The notes below the pieces were generated by a model, which worked only from the letters and a program-made list of their open reading frames with translations, was not told where the DNA came from and did no database searches. Below are positions 9,829 through 19,270 of a stretch of DNA of 64,000 bases, piece by piece. The position numbers and the translations under genes are program-made. Numbering within the stretch: position 1 is the stretch's first letter; each line of letters begins with the position of its first letter. The DNA comes from an uncultured Thermoplasmatales archaeon (GTDB lineage: Archaea > Thermoplasmatota > E2 > DHVEG-1): positions 16,915-80,914 of the forward strand of contig CAYMOC010000002.1 of the NCBI GenBank assembly GCA_964391965.1, in the 5' to 3' direction.

Positions 9829-10026
9829 AGATTTTATACCCCATATATACTATATATAATATTTACAGCAAAGAGAGCATCAAGTATATATTTTTTTATA
9901 AAAAAATAAGAGAAAAACTACAATAATTAAGGATAAATGAGAAAAAAAATATTACACTACTCTAAATTTATTAATAGAAAACTTAATATTTAGATAACAA
10001 AAATATAACTAAAAGAATATAAGACG

Positions 10027-11019
10027 GTGGAAGAGCTGAAAAAAATTATAACCATTAAGGATAAACTATTTGCTCATTTAGAAACTTGGAGGATTTATAC
10101 TATTATATGGTGTGGTCTTGTAAGTCTTACAGGTTCATGCATATCTCATGAAGGTTTTCCACCATTAATAATTGCTTTTTTTGTAACAATTACACCGATG
10201 ATGGGATGGGCGGCAGCTCTATATCTATCAGATTTTTTAGACAGAAAACTTGATGCTATAGAAAAACCCCATAGGCCTATCCCTTCTGGAAGAATCAGCC
10301 CCAAAGAAGCAATAATTGTAGGCGGAATCTTTGTGATAACAGGGCTGATTATTTCATATATCTTAGGAATCTATAACTTTATTTTAGTGTTTATAGTAGC
10401 TATACTAGTTTATTCATATACAAAGATTTCAAAATCAAAAGGTTTAATGGGCAATCTGAACCGTGGAGTTGTAATAGTCGCAGCATATTTTTATGGAGTT
10501 TTTTCAGCAAATATACATATTGAATTATTGCCAGTATATATCTGGATATTACCACTTGTATTTCTCTTTCACGACACTAACAGCAATTTAGTTGGAGCCA
10601 TTCGAGATATGAAAGGCGACAAAAAAGGAGGATATCAAACTATACCAGTCAAGTATGGCCTGGAAAAATCTGTTTATATTTCATTAATTTTAACATTTAT
10701 ATGGCATGGTATACTATTATTTTTACAATATAACTATAAATTTTTAGAACCAGTTTTTTATGTTTTTTTGTTAATCGATATTTTTATTATAGTTTCATTA
10801 TATGGTTATATGTTTAGATCTATCAAAGACTACACTCGAAAAAAAGCTTTAAATTTTCATCGTTTTTTTGTGATAGAAAGAATAATACTTGCATCTAGCA
10901 TCATATTAGGAATAATTGAAATTAACTTAGGAGTAATTATTCTGATTTTATCCTTGATAACAACTATTACATCTCAACATTATTTAAGAAGTAGATATGA
11001 GTTTGTTGATAAAAAATGA
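10027..11019 (+). CDS. UbiA-family prenyltransferase (DGGGP-synthase-like)
   Basis: It has Asp-rich motifs DFLDRKLD (DxxDxxxD), RPIPSG and DMKGDKKGG. There are about 8 TM helices. The start codon is GTG. Confidence 0.65.
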   Translation: MEELKKIITIKDKLFAHLETWRIYTIIWCGLVSLTGSCISHEGFPPLIIAFFVTITPMMGWAAALYLSDFLDRKLDAIEKPHRPIPSGRISPKEAIIVGGIFVITGLIISYILGIYNFILVFIVAILVYSYTKISKSKGLMGNLNRGVVIVAAYFYGVFSANIHIELLPVYIWILPLVFLFHDTNSNLVGAIRDMKGDKKGGYQTIPVKYGLEKSVYISLILTFIWHGILLFLQYNYKFLEPVFYVFLLIDIFIIVSLYGYMFRSIKDYTRKKALNFHRFFVIERIILASSIILGIIEINLGVIILILSLITTITSQHYLRSRYEFVDKK

Positions 11020-12011
11020 AATATGCAGTTATTGGCTTAGGTGCCGTTGGGAGTATCATTGCTGGTTTACTTTCAAAAAACAATGAAAATGTTATCTTAA
11101 TTGGTAAAAAAACACAAATCGAGCAGATTAAAAAAAATGGATTAAAAATCTCAACAAATCAATCTGAGACAATAATAGAAAATCTTAACTTATCATCAAA
11201 GTTTGCTTCTGTAGAGAAAGTTGATATACTTTTTGTATGTGTAAAATCACAGGATACTAAAAAATTATTTTTAGAACTAAAAGAGTTTCTAAAAGAAGAA
11301 ACGGTTATTGTTTCATTACAAAATGGTGTTAGAAACGCTGAAATAATAAATAAAATTGTTAAAAATAAGGTACTTTCATCAGTAGTTTTATTCAATGCCG
11401 TATACAAAAAACCAGGAAACGTCGACTTGTCAATCAGGGGAGGAATTCTATTAGAAGATGATAAAAAATATTCAAAAATAATAGATGAATTATTCAAAAA
11501 CACGGATGTAAAAATAACTCTTGTCGAAAACATAAAAAGTTACCAATGGAGTAAACTTATCCTAAATCTGCAAATAGCTGTAACTGCACTTACTGGTCAA
11601 ACAATAAAAGAATCAATTATAAATAAGGATTCGAGGAAAATTTTAGCTGAAACAATGTCTGAAGGAGTAAAAATTGTTGACAAATCAGGTGTTAAACTTG
11701 AAAAACTGCCGGGTCTTGATCCAAAAAAAATGATTAAACGGCTTAATATGCTTAATTCAATATTTTTAAGAATAGGAAGTAAATTTCTTGGTGTTTCAAA
11801 GAATGCTAGAAATTCAATGTGGCAGAGTCTTGCAAGAAATAAAAAAACTGAAATAGATTTTATAAATGGTGAAATTGTAAAACTTGCAGAGAGAAATAAT
11901 TTAGAAGCACCTATAAATGAAAAACTTGTAAAATATGTAAAACAGGCCGAAAAAAAAGACAGTGTTGGTAACATCAAACCCAAGAAGTTGAGAAAAATAT
12001 TAGATTTTTAA
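11016..12011 (+). CDS. ketopantoate reductase (ApbA/PanE) family NAD(P)H oxidoreductase
   Basis: The N-terminus MKYAVIGLGAVGSIIAGLL is a Rossmann fold. Its start overlaps the UbiA stop (ATGA), giving translational coupling. Confidence 0.6.
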   Translation: MKYAVIGLGAVGSIIAGLLSKNNENVILIGKKTQIEQIKKNGLKISTNQSETIIENLNLSSKFASVEKVDILFVCVKSQDTKKLFLELKEFLKEETVIVSLQNGVRNAEIINKIVKNKVLSSVVLFNAVYKKPGNVDLSIRGGILLEDDKKYSKIIDELFKNTDVKITLVENIKSYQWSKLILNLQIAVTALTGQTIKESIINKDSRKILAETMSEGVKIVDKSGVKLEKLPGLDPKKMIKRLNMLNSIFLRIGSKFLGVSKNARNSMWQSLARNKKTEIDFINGEIVKLAERNNLEAPINEKLVKYVKQAEKKDSVGNIKPKKLRKILDF

Positions 12012-12064
12012 TTATTAAATTTTATTGGAAGCATTCTTAAGTTTGATATGAATTATAATGGATA

Positions 12065-12913
12065 ATGAAAAGAAATTCAAATAAACAAATTCAAGAGCAA
12101 TGGGCAAAATATTGGGATAACGTCTGGGTTCAGAAAGACGACTCAAAAAAACTTAAATCAATTAATAAAAAAGAGCAAATTTATTTTTCTTTAGCAGGCA
12201 TTATCAACTCATATATTAAAAATTATATTAAAAATGATAAAGAATACAGAATAATTGAGATTGGTTGCGGTGGTTCTTCAATATTTCCAATTTTGATGAA
12301 GAGCTTTAAAAATCTAAAAATCGCAGGTATTGATAGGTCTCTTCTTGGATGTAATTTCGTATTTGAAGGAAATGAATATAGAAATGGATCTGTTGATGTC
12401 ATCTGTGGTGATGCATTACAAATTCCAATAAAAAATAATTCTTTCGATATCTCTTATAGTATTGGCCTTGTTGAACATTTTGAAAATCAATATGAAATTA
12501 TCAAAAGCCATGTAGATCTTTTAAAAAAGGAGGGGTTAGTTGTAATAGTGATACCAAATCTAACTGGTTTTCAAAAAAAACTATTAAGATCTGAGCTTTT
12601 TAAATCCAAAACAGCATTGAACAATCAAAATTGGATTAATGGAATGAAAATAACGACAACTAATGATTTAAAAAAAATATTAAAAAAGCTAGATTGTAAA
12701 AAAATCGAAATCATACCCGCAGGAGGGTTACATCCGCTTTTAATGTTGGAATCATATTATTCAGAGAAATACTCTGAAGCAAATAAATTTTCAGATACTA
12801 TTTATAAAATCTTTTTATCAGGACTGTTTATAATAATTAATATTCCCTTTATATTTAGATTAAACATGATGAATTTATCACCTTTCATTGTAGCCACTGC
12901 AATAAAAAAATAA
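12065..12913 (+). CDS. class I SAM-dependent methyltransferase
   Basis: Motif I is IIEIGCGGSS. An acidic loop and a motif II-like region (VICGDALQIP) follow. Confidence 0.6.
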   Translation: MKRNSNKQIQEQWAKYWDNVWVQKDDSKKLKSINKKEQIYFSLAGIINSYIKNYIKNDKEYRIIEIGCGGSSIFPILMKSFKNLKIAGIDRSLLGCNFVFEGNEYRNGSVDVICGDALQIPIKNNSFDISYSIGLVEHFENQYEIIKSHVDLLKKEGLVVIVIPNLTGFQKKLLRSELFKSKTALNNQNWINGMKITTTNDLKKILKKLDCKKIEIIPAGGLHPLLMLESYYSEKYSEANKFSDTIYKIFLSGLFIIINIPFIFRLNMMNLSPFIVATAIKK

Positions 12914-12940
12914 TAAAAAAAACATATAAGTTGATAAAAA

Positions 12941-13594
12941 ATGAGTAGTAAAATAGTTATAAATTTTTTTTCTTTTATCAAAAAAATTTTGTTTTCTGAA
13001 TTTCCTGATAAATTCAAACCCGGGAGTTTAAAAAATGTTGTAGATCTGATGTTCAGAGTTTTTGAAAAAACAGCTCATAATTTTGATTTTATAACAAATG
13101 CATATTTGAATGCATATGAAGTTATGATTGAAAAAGAGTTAAAACTAACAGAGGTATCAAAGGATGATTCTGTTTTAATCATTGGATGTGGTTCTCTGCC
13201 TTCTACATCTATTGTTATTGCTGAAAAAACTAATGCTAAAAATGTTAGTATGGATATAGATAAATCTGCAGTTGAAGCAGCTAGAAAAATATTAAAGAAA
13301 ATGAATCTTTTAGATAAAGTAAAAGTAAGACTTGTTGAAGATATAAATTATCCAATAGATGATTTTGATTTAATCTTTATTTTATATGGTGTTAAGAAAC
13401 AGGAAAAAATTTTTAGACATATTTTTGAAAATGCAAAATCAGATGTTAAAGTTATAATTAGATCATATTCAGATGATTTTAAGAATGTTTTTGATTTTAA
13501 AAATTTTAAAGTTTTAGATCATTTTATAATTGTTAAAAAAGTTAGATCTGATGTTTTTGGACCTGTTTTTTCTTTTCTTTTAGAAAAAAAATAA
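12941..13594 (+). CDS. SAM-binding Rossmann-fold enzyme, nicotianamine-synthase-like glycine loop (or methyltransferase)
   Basis: VLIIGCGSLPSTSIVIAEK resembles the NAS motif (F/V)(I/V)GSGPLPLTSI(V/L). The protein is 217 aa. Confidence 0.4.
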   Translation: MSSKIVINFFSFIKKILFSEFPDKFKPGSLKNVVDLMFRVFEKTAHNFDFITNAYLNAYEVMIEKELKLTEVSKDDSVLIIGCGSLPSTSIVIAEKTNAKNVSMDIDKSAVEAARKILKKMNLLDKVKVRLVEDINYPIDDFDLIFILYGVKKQEKIFRHIFENAKSDVKVIIRSYSDDFKNVFDFKNFKVLDHFIIVKKVRSDVFGPVFSFLLEKK

Positions 13595-13601
13595 GTTTGT
13601 T

Positions 13602-14978
13602 TTATTTTTTTATTTTAGAAACTATTACTTTTATTTGATCTGAACGTGCATCTTTTTGTATATGATCTGTTTCTGTTACTCTGACTTTAACACTTTTTCC
13701 TATTTTTTGTTGAAATCTTTTTTGAAGTTCATTAATTAATTCTTTAACACTTACTCCTTGGTTTCTTTGTTTTTCATCTATTACGATTAATATTTCAACG
13801 TCATCAAGATCATGTTGCACTATTTGGAATTGTTTTATTTTATAAGAGTTAAAAAATTCCATTGTTTTTGCAGGGATACCAGTTACACTCAATGGAGAAA
13901 GTGTTTTTCCATTTGGAAGATAAATTAATTCTGATGTTCGGCCTTCGATGTGTTTTATTAATTTTGAAGTTATTCCACAACTTGTTTTTTTATCAATAGG
14001 TACAACTATGTCATCTATACCTGTATATCTTATTATTGGGGTTCCTTTCCCGTATAGTTTTGTTATTACTGTATGACCTGGTTTGTTTAAAGGAACGGGT
14101 TTATTGTTATCATCAAGTATTTCCATGTAGACATAGTCTGAGTGGATGTGGAAAAAGTTGCCTTCAACACATTCGAAACCTATTGGTCCTCCTTCTGTTG
14201 TTCCATAAATGTCAAAAACGCGTGTGTTGAATGCCTTTTCTACATATTTTTTTGTGTACTCATCAAGTGTTGAACCTCCAGAGCCTATGAATTTTGGTTG
14301 AATGTTTTTTCCTTGCCCATTGTGTTTTAAATATGCTAGTTGTCTAAGCATGTTAGGATCAGTAGCTAAAAACTCTGGTTGGAAAACATTTAGTTCTTTG
14401 ATTATTTTTTCTGGTTTTTCACCTAAATGCAGATATTTTACATGATCCATTGATATGAATTTTTTTGCGAAAGGCATTAGACTTTCTGAGAAAAAAGCGT
14501 TTTCTGCACTACCTGGTTCTACATCTATTATCAGACATGATTTTGTAGTTCTCCAGTTTCCACCATATGCTTTTAAAACTCTTATAAAAGCAAGCAGGCT
14601 TTTGATTGCAGCAAAACGGTCGATATAAATAAAAACTGGTTTACCAGTAGAGCCACTAGTAGATATTGTAAAACCGTCTTTTGTTTTAAAATTATAAGGT
14701 TTAATGTTTACAGGATAGTTATTTCTTAAATCATCTTTTGTGATGAAAGGAAGTTTACCGATATCATTTATTCCATGTATATCATCGGGATGAACTCCAG
14801 CTTTTTTGTATTTATCATGATACATTGGCACAGTGTATGCATATTTCACAATTTTTCTAAGTTGTTTATCCTGATATCGTCTAAGTTTTTCTTTGTCAAA
14901 ACTCCATGGTCTATTGATATCAGAAAGATAATTTTTGCCTAGATTATATAGAAATTTAGGATCGATAAAGAAACTCAT
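13602..14978 (-). CDS. PaaK/coenzyme F390 synthetase-like adenylate-forming enzyme
   Basis: It has the AMP-binding P-loop TSGSTGKP and an N-terminal region typical of COG1541. Confidence 0.65.
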   Translation of the reverse strand: MSFFIDPKFLYNLGKNYLSDINRPWSFDKEKLRRYQDKQLRKIVKYAYTVPMYHDKYKKAGVHPDDIHGINDIGKLPFITKDDLRNNYPVNIKPYNFKTKDGFTISTSGSTGKPVFIYIDRFAAIKSLLAFIRVLKAYGGNWRTTKSCLIIDVEPGSAENAFFSESLMPFAKKFISMDHVKYLHLGEKPEKIIKELNVFQPEFLATDPNMLRQLAYLKHNGQGKNIQPKFIGSGGSTLDEYTKKYVEKAFNTRVFDIYGTTEGGPIGFECVEGNFFHIHSDYVYMEILDDNNKPVPLNKPGHTVITKLYGKGTPIIRYTGIDDIVVPIDKKTSCGITSKLIKHIEGRTSELIYLPNGKTLSPLSVTGIPAKTMEFFNSYKIKQFQIVQHDLDDVEILIVIDEKQRNQGVSVKELINELQKRFQQKIGKSVKVRVTETDHIQKDARSDQIKVIVSKIKK

Positions 14979-15098
14979 TTTTCAAATATTTCCTCTTTTT
15001 TTGCTCTACATGTATTATTAACACAAGATATTTAACTTTTAATAATAGAACTATATTATTTGATTTAAAGGGAGGCGTCTTAACTGAGCGTGTTTTCT

Positions 15099-16412
15099 AT
15101 GATTCGTGGATTTTTAGCTTTAAAAATTCATGAAAGAAACTCTAGAGAAAAAATACTTAAAATTCAAGAAAAAAAATTCCGTAAAATTTTAAAATTTGCC
15201 TATAACAATTCTAAATTTTATCATAATCTGTATAAATCAAAAGGTATTTCAGAGGAGGAATTGGATAATATACCTGTTGAAAAAATACCTGTGGTAGATA
15301 AAGAAACATTAATGGAAAATTTTGATGATGTGGTAACAGTAGATGATGTTTCCAAAAAAGAGGTTCTGAGTTTTTTAAATGAAAGTAAACATCCTAATGA
15401 TCTTTTAAAAAACAAATATCATGTTATTCATTCATCAGGTTCCTCTGGTAAATTAGGTTTGTTTCTTTACAGCAAAAAAGAATGGGACAGCATTTACCCA
15501 TATATTACAAAAGCTTATGATTTCAATTTCAGAAAAAACCGTTCTGTTTTTATAGGTGCAACAGGAGGACATTTCGCAGGAGCCAGCTTTAGTAGTTGGG
15601 GTGGAAAAGGAATACCTGGTTTATTTAATGAACCACTTATACTTAATGTAAATGAACCAATAGATCAGATAATAAAAAAACTAAATAATTTTAAACCAAC
15701 AATTTTAGGTGGTTATTTTAATGCTTTAAAAATTCTTGCTCAGAAAAAAGAAAATGGTTTACTCAAAATTAATCCTAAAATATTAGTAAACTGTGGGGAA
15801 GGACTAAACCTTAAAGACAAAGAATTTATTGAGAATGTTTTCGATGCACCTATGTCAAATTTGTATAGTTTTGCTGAATGTATTGTTTTAGGATTTGGAA
15901 AGGATGAATATGAAGGCATATACCTTTTTGATGATTTAGCAAAAATTGAATTTAAAAAAGATTATATAATTGTTACAAACCTGTATAATAAAACAGAGCC
16001 GATAATTAGATACAGAATTGATGACTATATTTCATTAAAAAAAGATAAAAAAAACAAGTATCCCTTTACACTAGTAAATGAAATAATTGGAAGAGCAGAG
16101 TTTATAATTTGGTTTAAAAATGAAGAAGGAAACAAAGATTTTATTCATCCTTTGATTTTTACAGATTTTTTTGTTAAAGGATTAGATAAACATCAAATAA
16201 TTATAACCGGTGAATCTTCATTTATTTTTAAAGCAGTTATTAAATCTGATGAAAAAAAGAGAGTTTTAAAGGAAATAGATAAAAAATTAGAAAAAATTTT
16301 ATTAGATAAAAAATTTTCAAATGTCAAATACCAAATCAAAGAAGTTGATGAAATTCCTGTTAACCCAAAAACAGGTAAATATAAACTAGTAATAGATAAG
16401 AAAAAAAATTGA
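15099..16412 (+). CDS. PaaK-like adenylate-forming enzyme paralogue with degenerate P-loop
   Basis: Its architecture matches 13602-14978, but the P-loop is HSSGSSGKLG. The ATG at 15099 is preferred over the GTG at 15090. Confidence 0.5.
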   Translation: MIRGFLALKIHERNSREKILKIQEKKFRKILKFAYNNSKFYHNLYKSKGISEEELDNIPVEKIPVVDKETLMENFDDVVTVDDVSKKEVLSFLNESKHPNDLLKNKYHVIHSSGSSGKLGLFLYSKKEWDSIYPYITKAYDFNFRKNRSVFIGATGGHFAGASFSSWGGKGIPGLFNEPLILNVNEPIDQIIKKLNNFKPTILGGYFNALKILAQKKENGLLKINPKILVNCGEGLNLKDKEFIENVFDAPMSNLYSFAECIVLGFGKDEYEGIYLFDDLAKIEFKKDYIIVTNLYNKTEPIIRYRIDDYISLKKDKKNKYPFTLVNEIIGRAEFIIWFKNEEGNKDFIHPLIFTDFFVKGLDKHQIIITGESSFIFKAVIKSDEKKRVLKEIDKKLEKILLDKKFSNVKYQIKEVDEIPVNPKTGKYKLVIDKKKN

Positions 16413-16416
16413 TGTT

Positions 16417-17814
16417 TTAATCATCTCTTATAAAAAACATTCTAAGTCCTGCTTTAATAAAACGGAAATCCCATTTTTTAAAAGCTCTAAAAATTTGTCG
16501 AAAAAGATATTTAGGATTAAAATAAAATTTTTTATGAGCATATAAACAGTAATCATTTAGCTCCTCTTTTGACAGTTTACTTAATCCTCTGTTTGAGTCT
16601 GCATCCACAATATATTCATCTGATCTGACTTTGCCATTTTTCACAGCTTCATCCCACATCTCGGAACCGCGGTAATAACCAAGAGTTAAAAAATGTGCGA
16701 TATCCAATGGAATACTTCTAGCAAAACGAATTGTATCCTCAATATCTTCTTTTGTTTCCATTGGTGCACCAAAAATAAAACTACCAGAGGTTATGAAACC
16801 CATTTTGTGGCTAAGATGTACTGCATTACGAATTTGATCAGGAGTTGTTCTTTTATTATAAAAATCTAAAACTTTCTGATTAGCTGATTCGATACCAAAA
16901 GAAATAAATTTTACACCGGCATCCTTCATTTTTTTATAAATTACTGGATCTGCTGAATCTACTCTAGCAGCCATAACCCAGAAATTTAGATTAAAATTAT
17001 TCTCGATTACTTTATCCATTATTTTTCCGACACGTTTCTTATTTGCAAGAAAATTATTATCAACAATTATAACAGTTTCAAAACCATCTTTTACAATCTT
17101 ACGAAGCTCTTTGATGACATTTTCAACAGATCTCTCACGATAACATGGATCTATTGCATTATAACCACAGAATCTGCAATTATATGGACAACCCCGTGTT
17201 GTGATTATAGAAGTTGTTTTACCATCGGTCATTTTTTGACCTAAGATATAACCATAGTCATATTTTTCAACAAGATGGCGAGCTGGAAAAACGATCTTAT
17301 CTAAATCTTTTATAACATCTAAATCCGCGGTTTTTTTAATCAAACCTTTTTTATCACAATAACAAATCCCTTTAATCGCTGATAGGTCTTTTTTACCGTT
17401 CAAGGCATCAACAATATCAAGTATGTTTTGCTCCCCTTCCCATTTAACACAAATATCTGAATCAAAATCCATAAGAGCATCTTCTGGATCTAACGCACAA
17501 TGAGGGCCACCAATTAAAAAAGGTTTATTTTTTTCAATGTTTCTAATAAATTTTGCTAATTCTTTTGATTGCTCAAAAGAACTTGTACAAATAGTTAGAC
17601 CTATAACATCTGACCATGAAATCAATGATTTAAGTTTTTCACGTTCAACATTTTCAGCAGTTAAATCTAATACTTCAATACTGTGACCGTCTTTTTCTAG
17701 AATTGCTGAAAGATATAATATTCCCAGAGGTGGAGAATAAGGATTAACCGGTAAGGTTTTTTTATCTGCGATTCTAAATCCTCTACCTGGAGGGAAAATA
17801 AACAAAAAATTCAT
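16417..17814 (-). CDS. B12-binding radical SAM protein
   Basis: It has an N-terminal cobalamin-binding-like domain and the motif RGCPYNCRFCG (CxxxCxxC). Confidence 0.7.
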   Translation of the reverse strand: MNFLFIFPPGRGFRIADKKTLPVNPYSPPLGILYLSAILEKDGHSIEVLDLTAENVEREKLKSLISWSDVIGLTICTSSFEQSKELAKFIRNIEKNKPFLIGGPHCALDPEDALMDFDSDICVKWEGEQNILDIVDALNGKKDLSAIKGICYCDKKGLIKKTADLDVIKDLDKIVFPARHLVEKYDYGYILGQKMTDGKTTSIITTRGCPYNCRFCGYNAIDPCYRERSVENVIKELRKIVKDGFETVIIVDNNFLANKKRVGKIMDKVIENNFNLNFWVMAARVDSADPVIYKKMKDAGVKFISFGIESANQKVLDFYNKRTTPDQIRNAVHLSHKMGFITSGSFIFGAPMETKEDIEDTIRFARSIPLDIAHFLTLGYYRGSEMWDEAVKNGKVRSDEYIVDADSNRGLSKLSKEELNDYCLYAHKKFYFNPKYLFRQIFRAFKKWDFRFIKAGLRMFFIRDD

Positions 17815-17828
17815 TTTTAGATCCTTTT

Positions 17829-19157
17829 TTAAATATTAAAATCATTTTTGTAATATCTTCTAAATGTAACATTAGTCCCCATAGGAAGTAATGCTCCCAT
17901 TCTCCTAACTGTTGTTAAAATCCTTGTGTTTCTTTTTATGATATTCTTCCACGAGTAAAATTCTTTAGCGACTTTTTTACTCCCGTTTAATAATTCTTCA
18001 ACGGTCATATTTTTGGGTTCAAAAACAACATCAACCTGATTATATTTACTCCAATCTTTAGTAAAAATACGTCCTTCTCTATCAAGCCTATCAAATAAAG
18101 GCGTACCTGGATACGGCGTTAAAATATTTATTTCAAGAACATCTATTTCAAGTTCATTTATTTTTTCAAGAGTTGCATCAAAAACATCAGGTGTGTCTTC
18201 ATCAAAACCAAATATTATCCCCCCTTGAATTGACATCCCGTAATCATGAACACGATCTATCATTTTACTAAAATCTTCAACCTTATTATGTGTTTTTTTT
18301 ATACCATTAAGAGCAGCCTGACTAACTGATTCAAAACCTACAAACCATTCAACACAACCAGATTCTCTAGCCAGCTGTAAAAATTCATCATCAGCTTTTA
18401 ACAAAACATTAGTTGTACCATTAGACACCCAACTTTTATTTATCTTATTTTTAATCATTTCCTTGAAAAGTTTTTTAGCATATTTTGGATTCGCAGTTAA
18501 ATGAGGATCATGAATTGTAAAGAGTCGGTTAGGCATTTCTTTCATTTCATTTATTACATTTTGTATAGGTCTTTGTTTAATACCATGCTCGCAGAAACTA
18601 GCAATTGCACAAAACTCACACCTGTTGGGACAACCACGTGTTGTCTGAACAGCACCCATAATAGGATTATGTCTGATAAGATCTCTTCTTATAGGAGGTA
18701 TGTCCTCGGGTTTATAGTTTGTATCTTTTTCATAAATTTTTTTAAGTTTTCCTTTCTCAAAATCAGCAAGAAGCTTAGGCCAGTTCGATTCAGCCATACC
18801 TAAAATAATACTATCAGCATGTTTCAAAGCCTCTTCAGGCACAGCAGTTGGATGATAACCTCCAAGAACTACTTTTTTACCCCTTTTTCTAAACTCATCA
18901 GCTATTTCATAGACACGTGGAGCTGTCATAGTATAACAAGTAATACCTATAAGATCTGCATCAGTATCAAAATCAAGGGAATCATAGTTCTCATTAACGA
19001 TTTCTACATCATATTTTTTAGGAGTGATTGCTGCAACATGGGGCAAAGTAATTATTGGATAACCAAAAAGAATAGAAGCCCATGAGCTTTTATCATTTAC
19101 AGTAGTTGCACCATGTTCAATCCTTGGAAACACAAGAAGTACTTTAATAAAGTTCAA
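17829..19157 (-). CDS. B12-binding radical SAM protein (DUF4070-like C-terminus)
   Basis: The radical SAM motif is RGCPNRCEFCA. It is a clear paralogue of 22762-24045. Confidence 0.7.
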   Translation of the reverse strand: MNFIKVLLVFPRIEHGATTVNDKSSWASILFGYPIITLPHVAAITPKKYDVEIVNENYDSLDFDTDADLIGITCYTMTAPRVYEIADEFRKRGKKVVLGGYHPTAVPEEALKHADSIILGMAESNWPKLLADFEKGKLKKIYEKDTNYKPEDIPPIRRDLIRHNPIMGAVQTTRGCPNRCEFCAIASFCEHGIKQRPIQNVINEMKEMPNRLFTIHDPHLTANPKYAKKLFKEMIKNKINKSWVSNGTTNVLLKADDEFLQLARESGCVEWFVGFESVSQAALNGIKKTHNKVEDFSKMIDRVHDYGMSIQGGIIFGFDEDTPDVFDATLEKINELEIDVLEINILTPYPGTPLFDRLDREGRIFTKDWSKYNQVDVVFEPKNMTVEELLNGSKKVAKEFYSWKNIIKRNTRILTTVRRMGALLPMGTNVTFRRYYKNDFNI

Positions 19158-19270
19158 ACCTCCCTAATTAATATTAAACTATTTATTGAACCTAAATAAT
19201 TTTTATGATGATTTATCCTTAAGAAGGGGAAGTATATTTAATCTTTTTTATTAGGTGATTAATAAAAAAA

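Noticed and set aside
11159-11983. Two ORFs antisense to the ApbA-like gene
   Set aside because: They are antisense low-complexity translations.
18501-19085. Two ORFs antisense to a B12-radical SAM gene
   Set aside because: They are antisense artefacts with no motifs.
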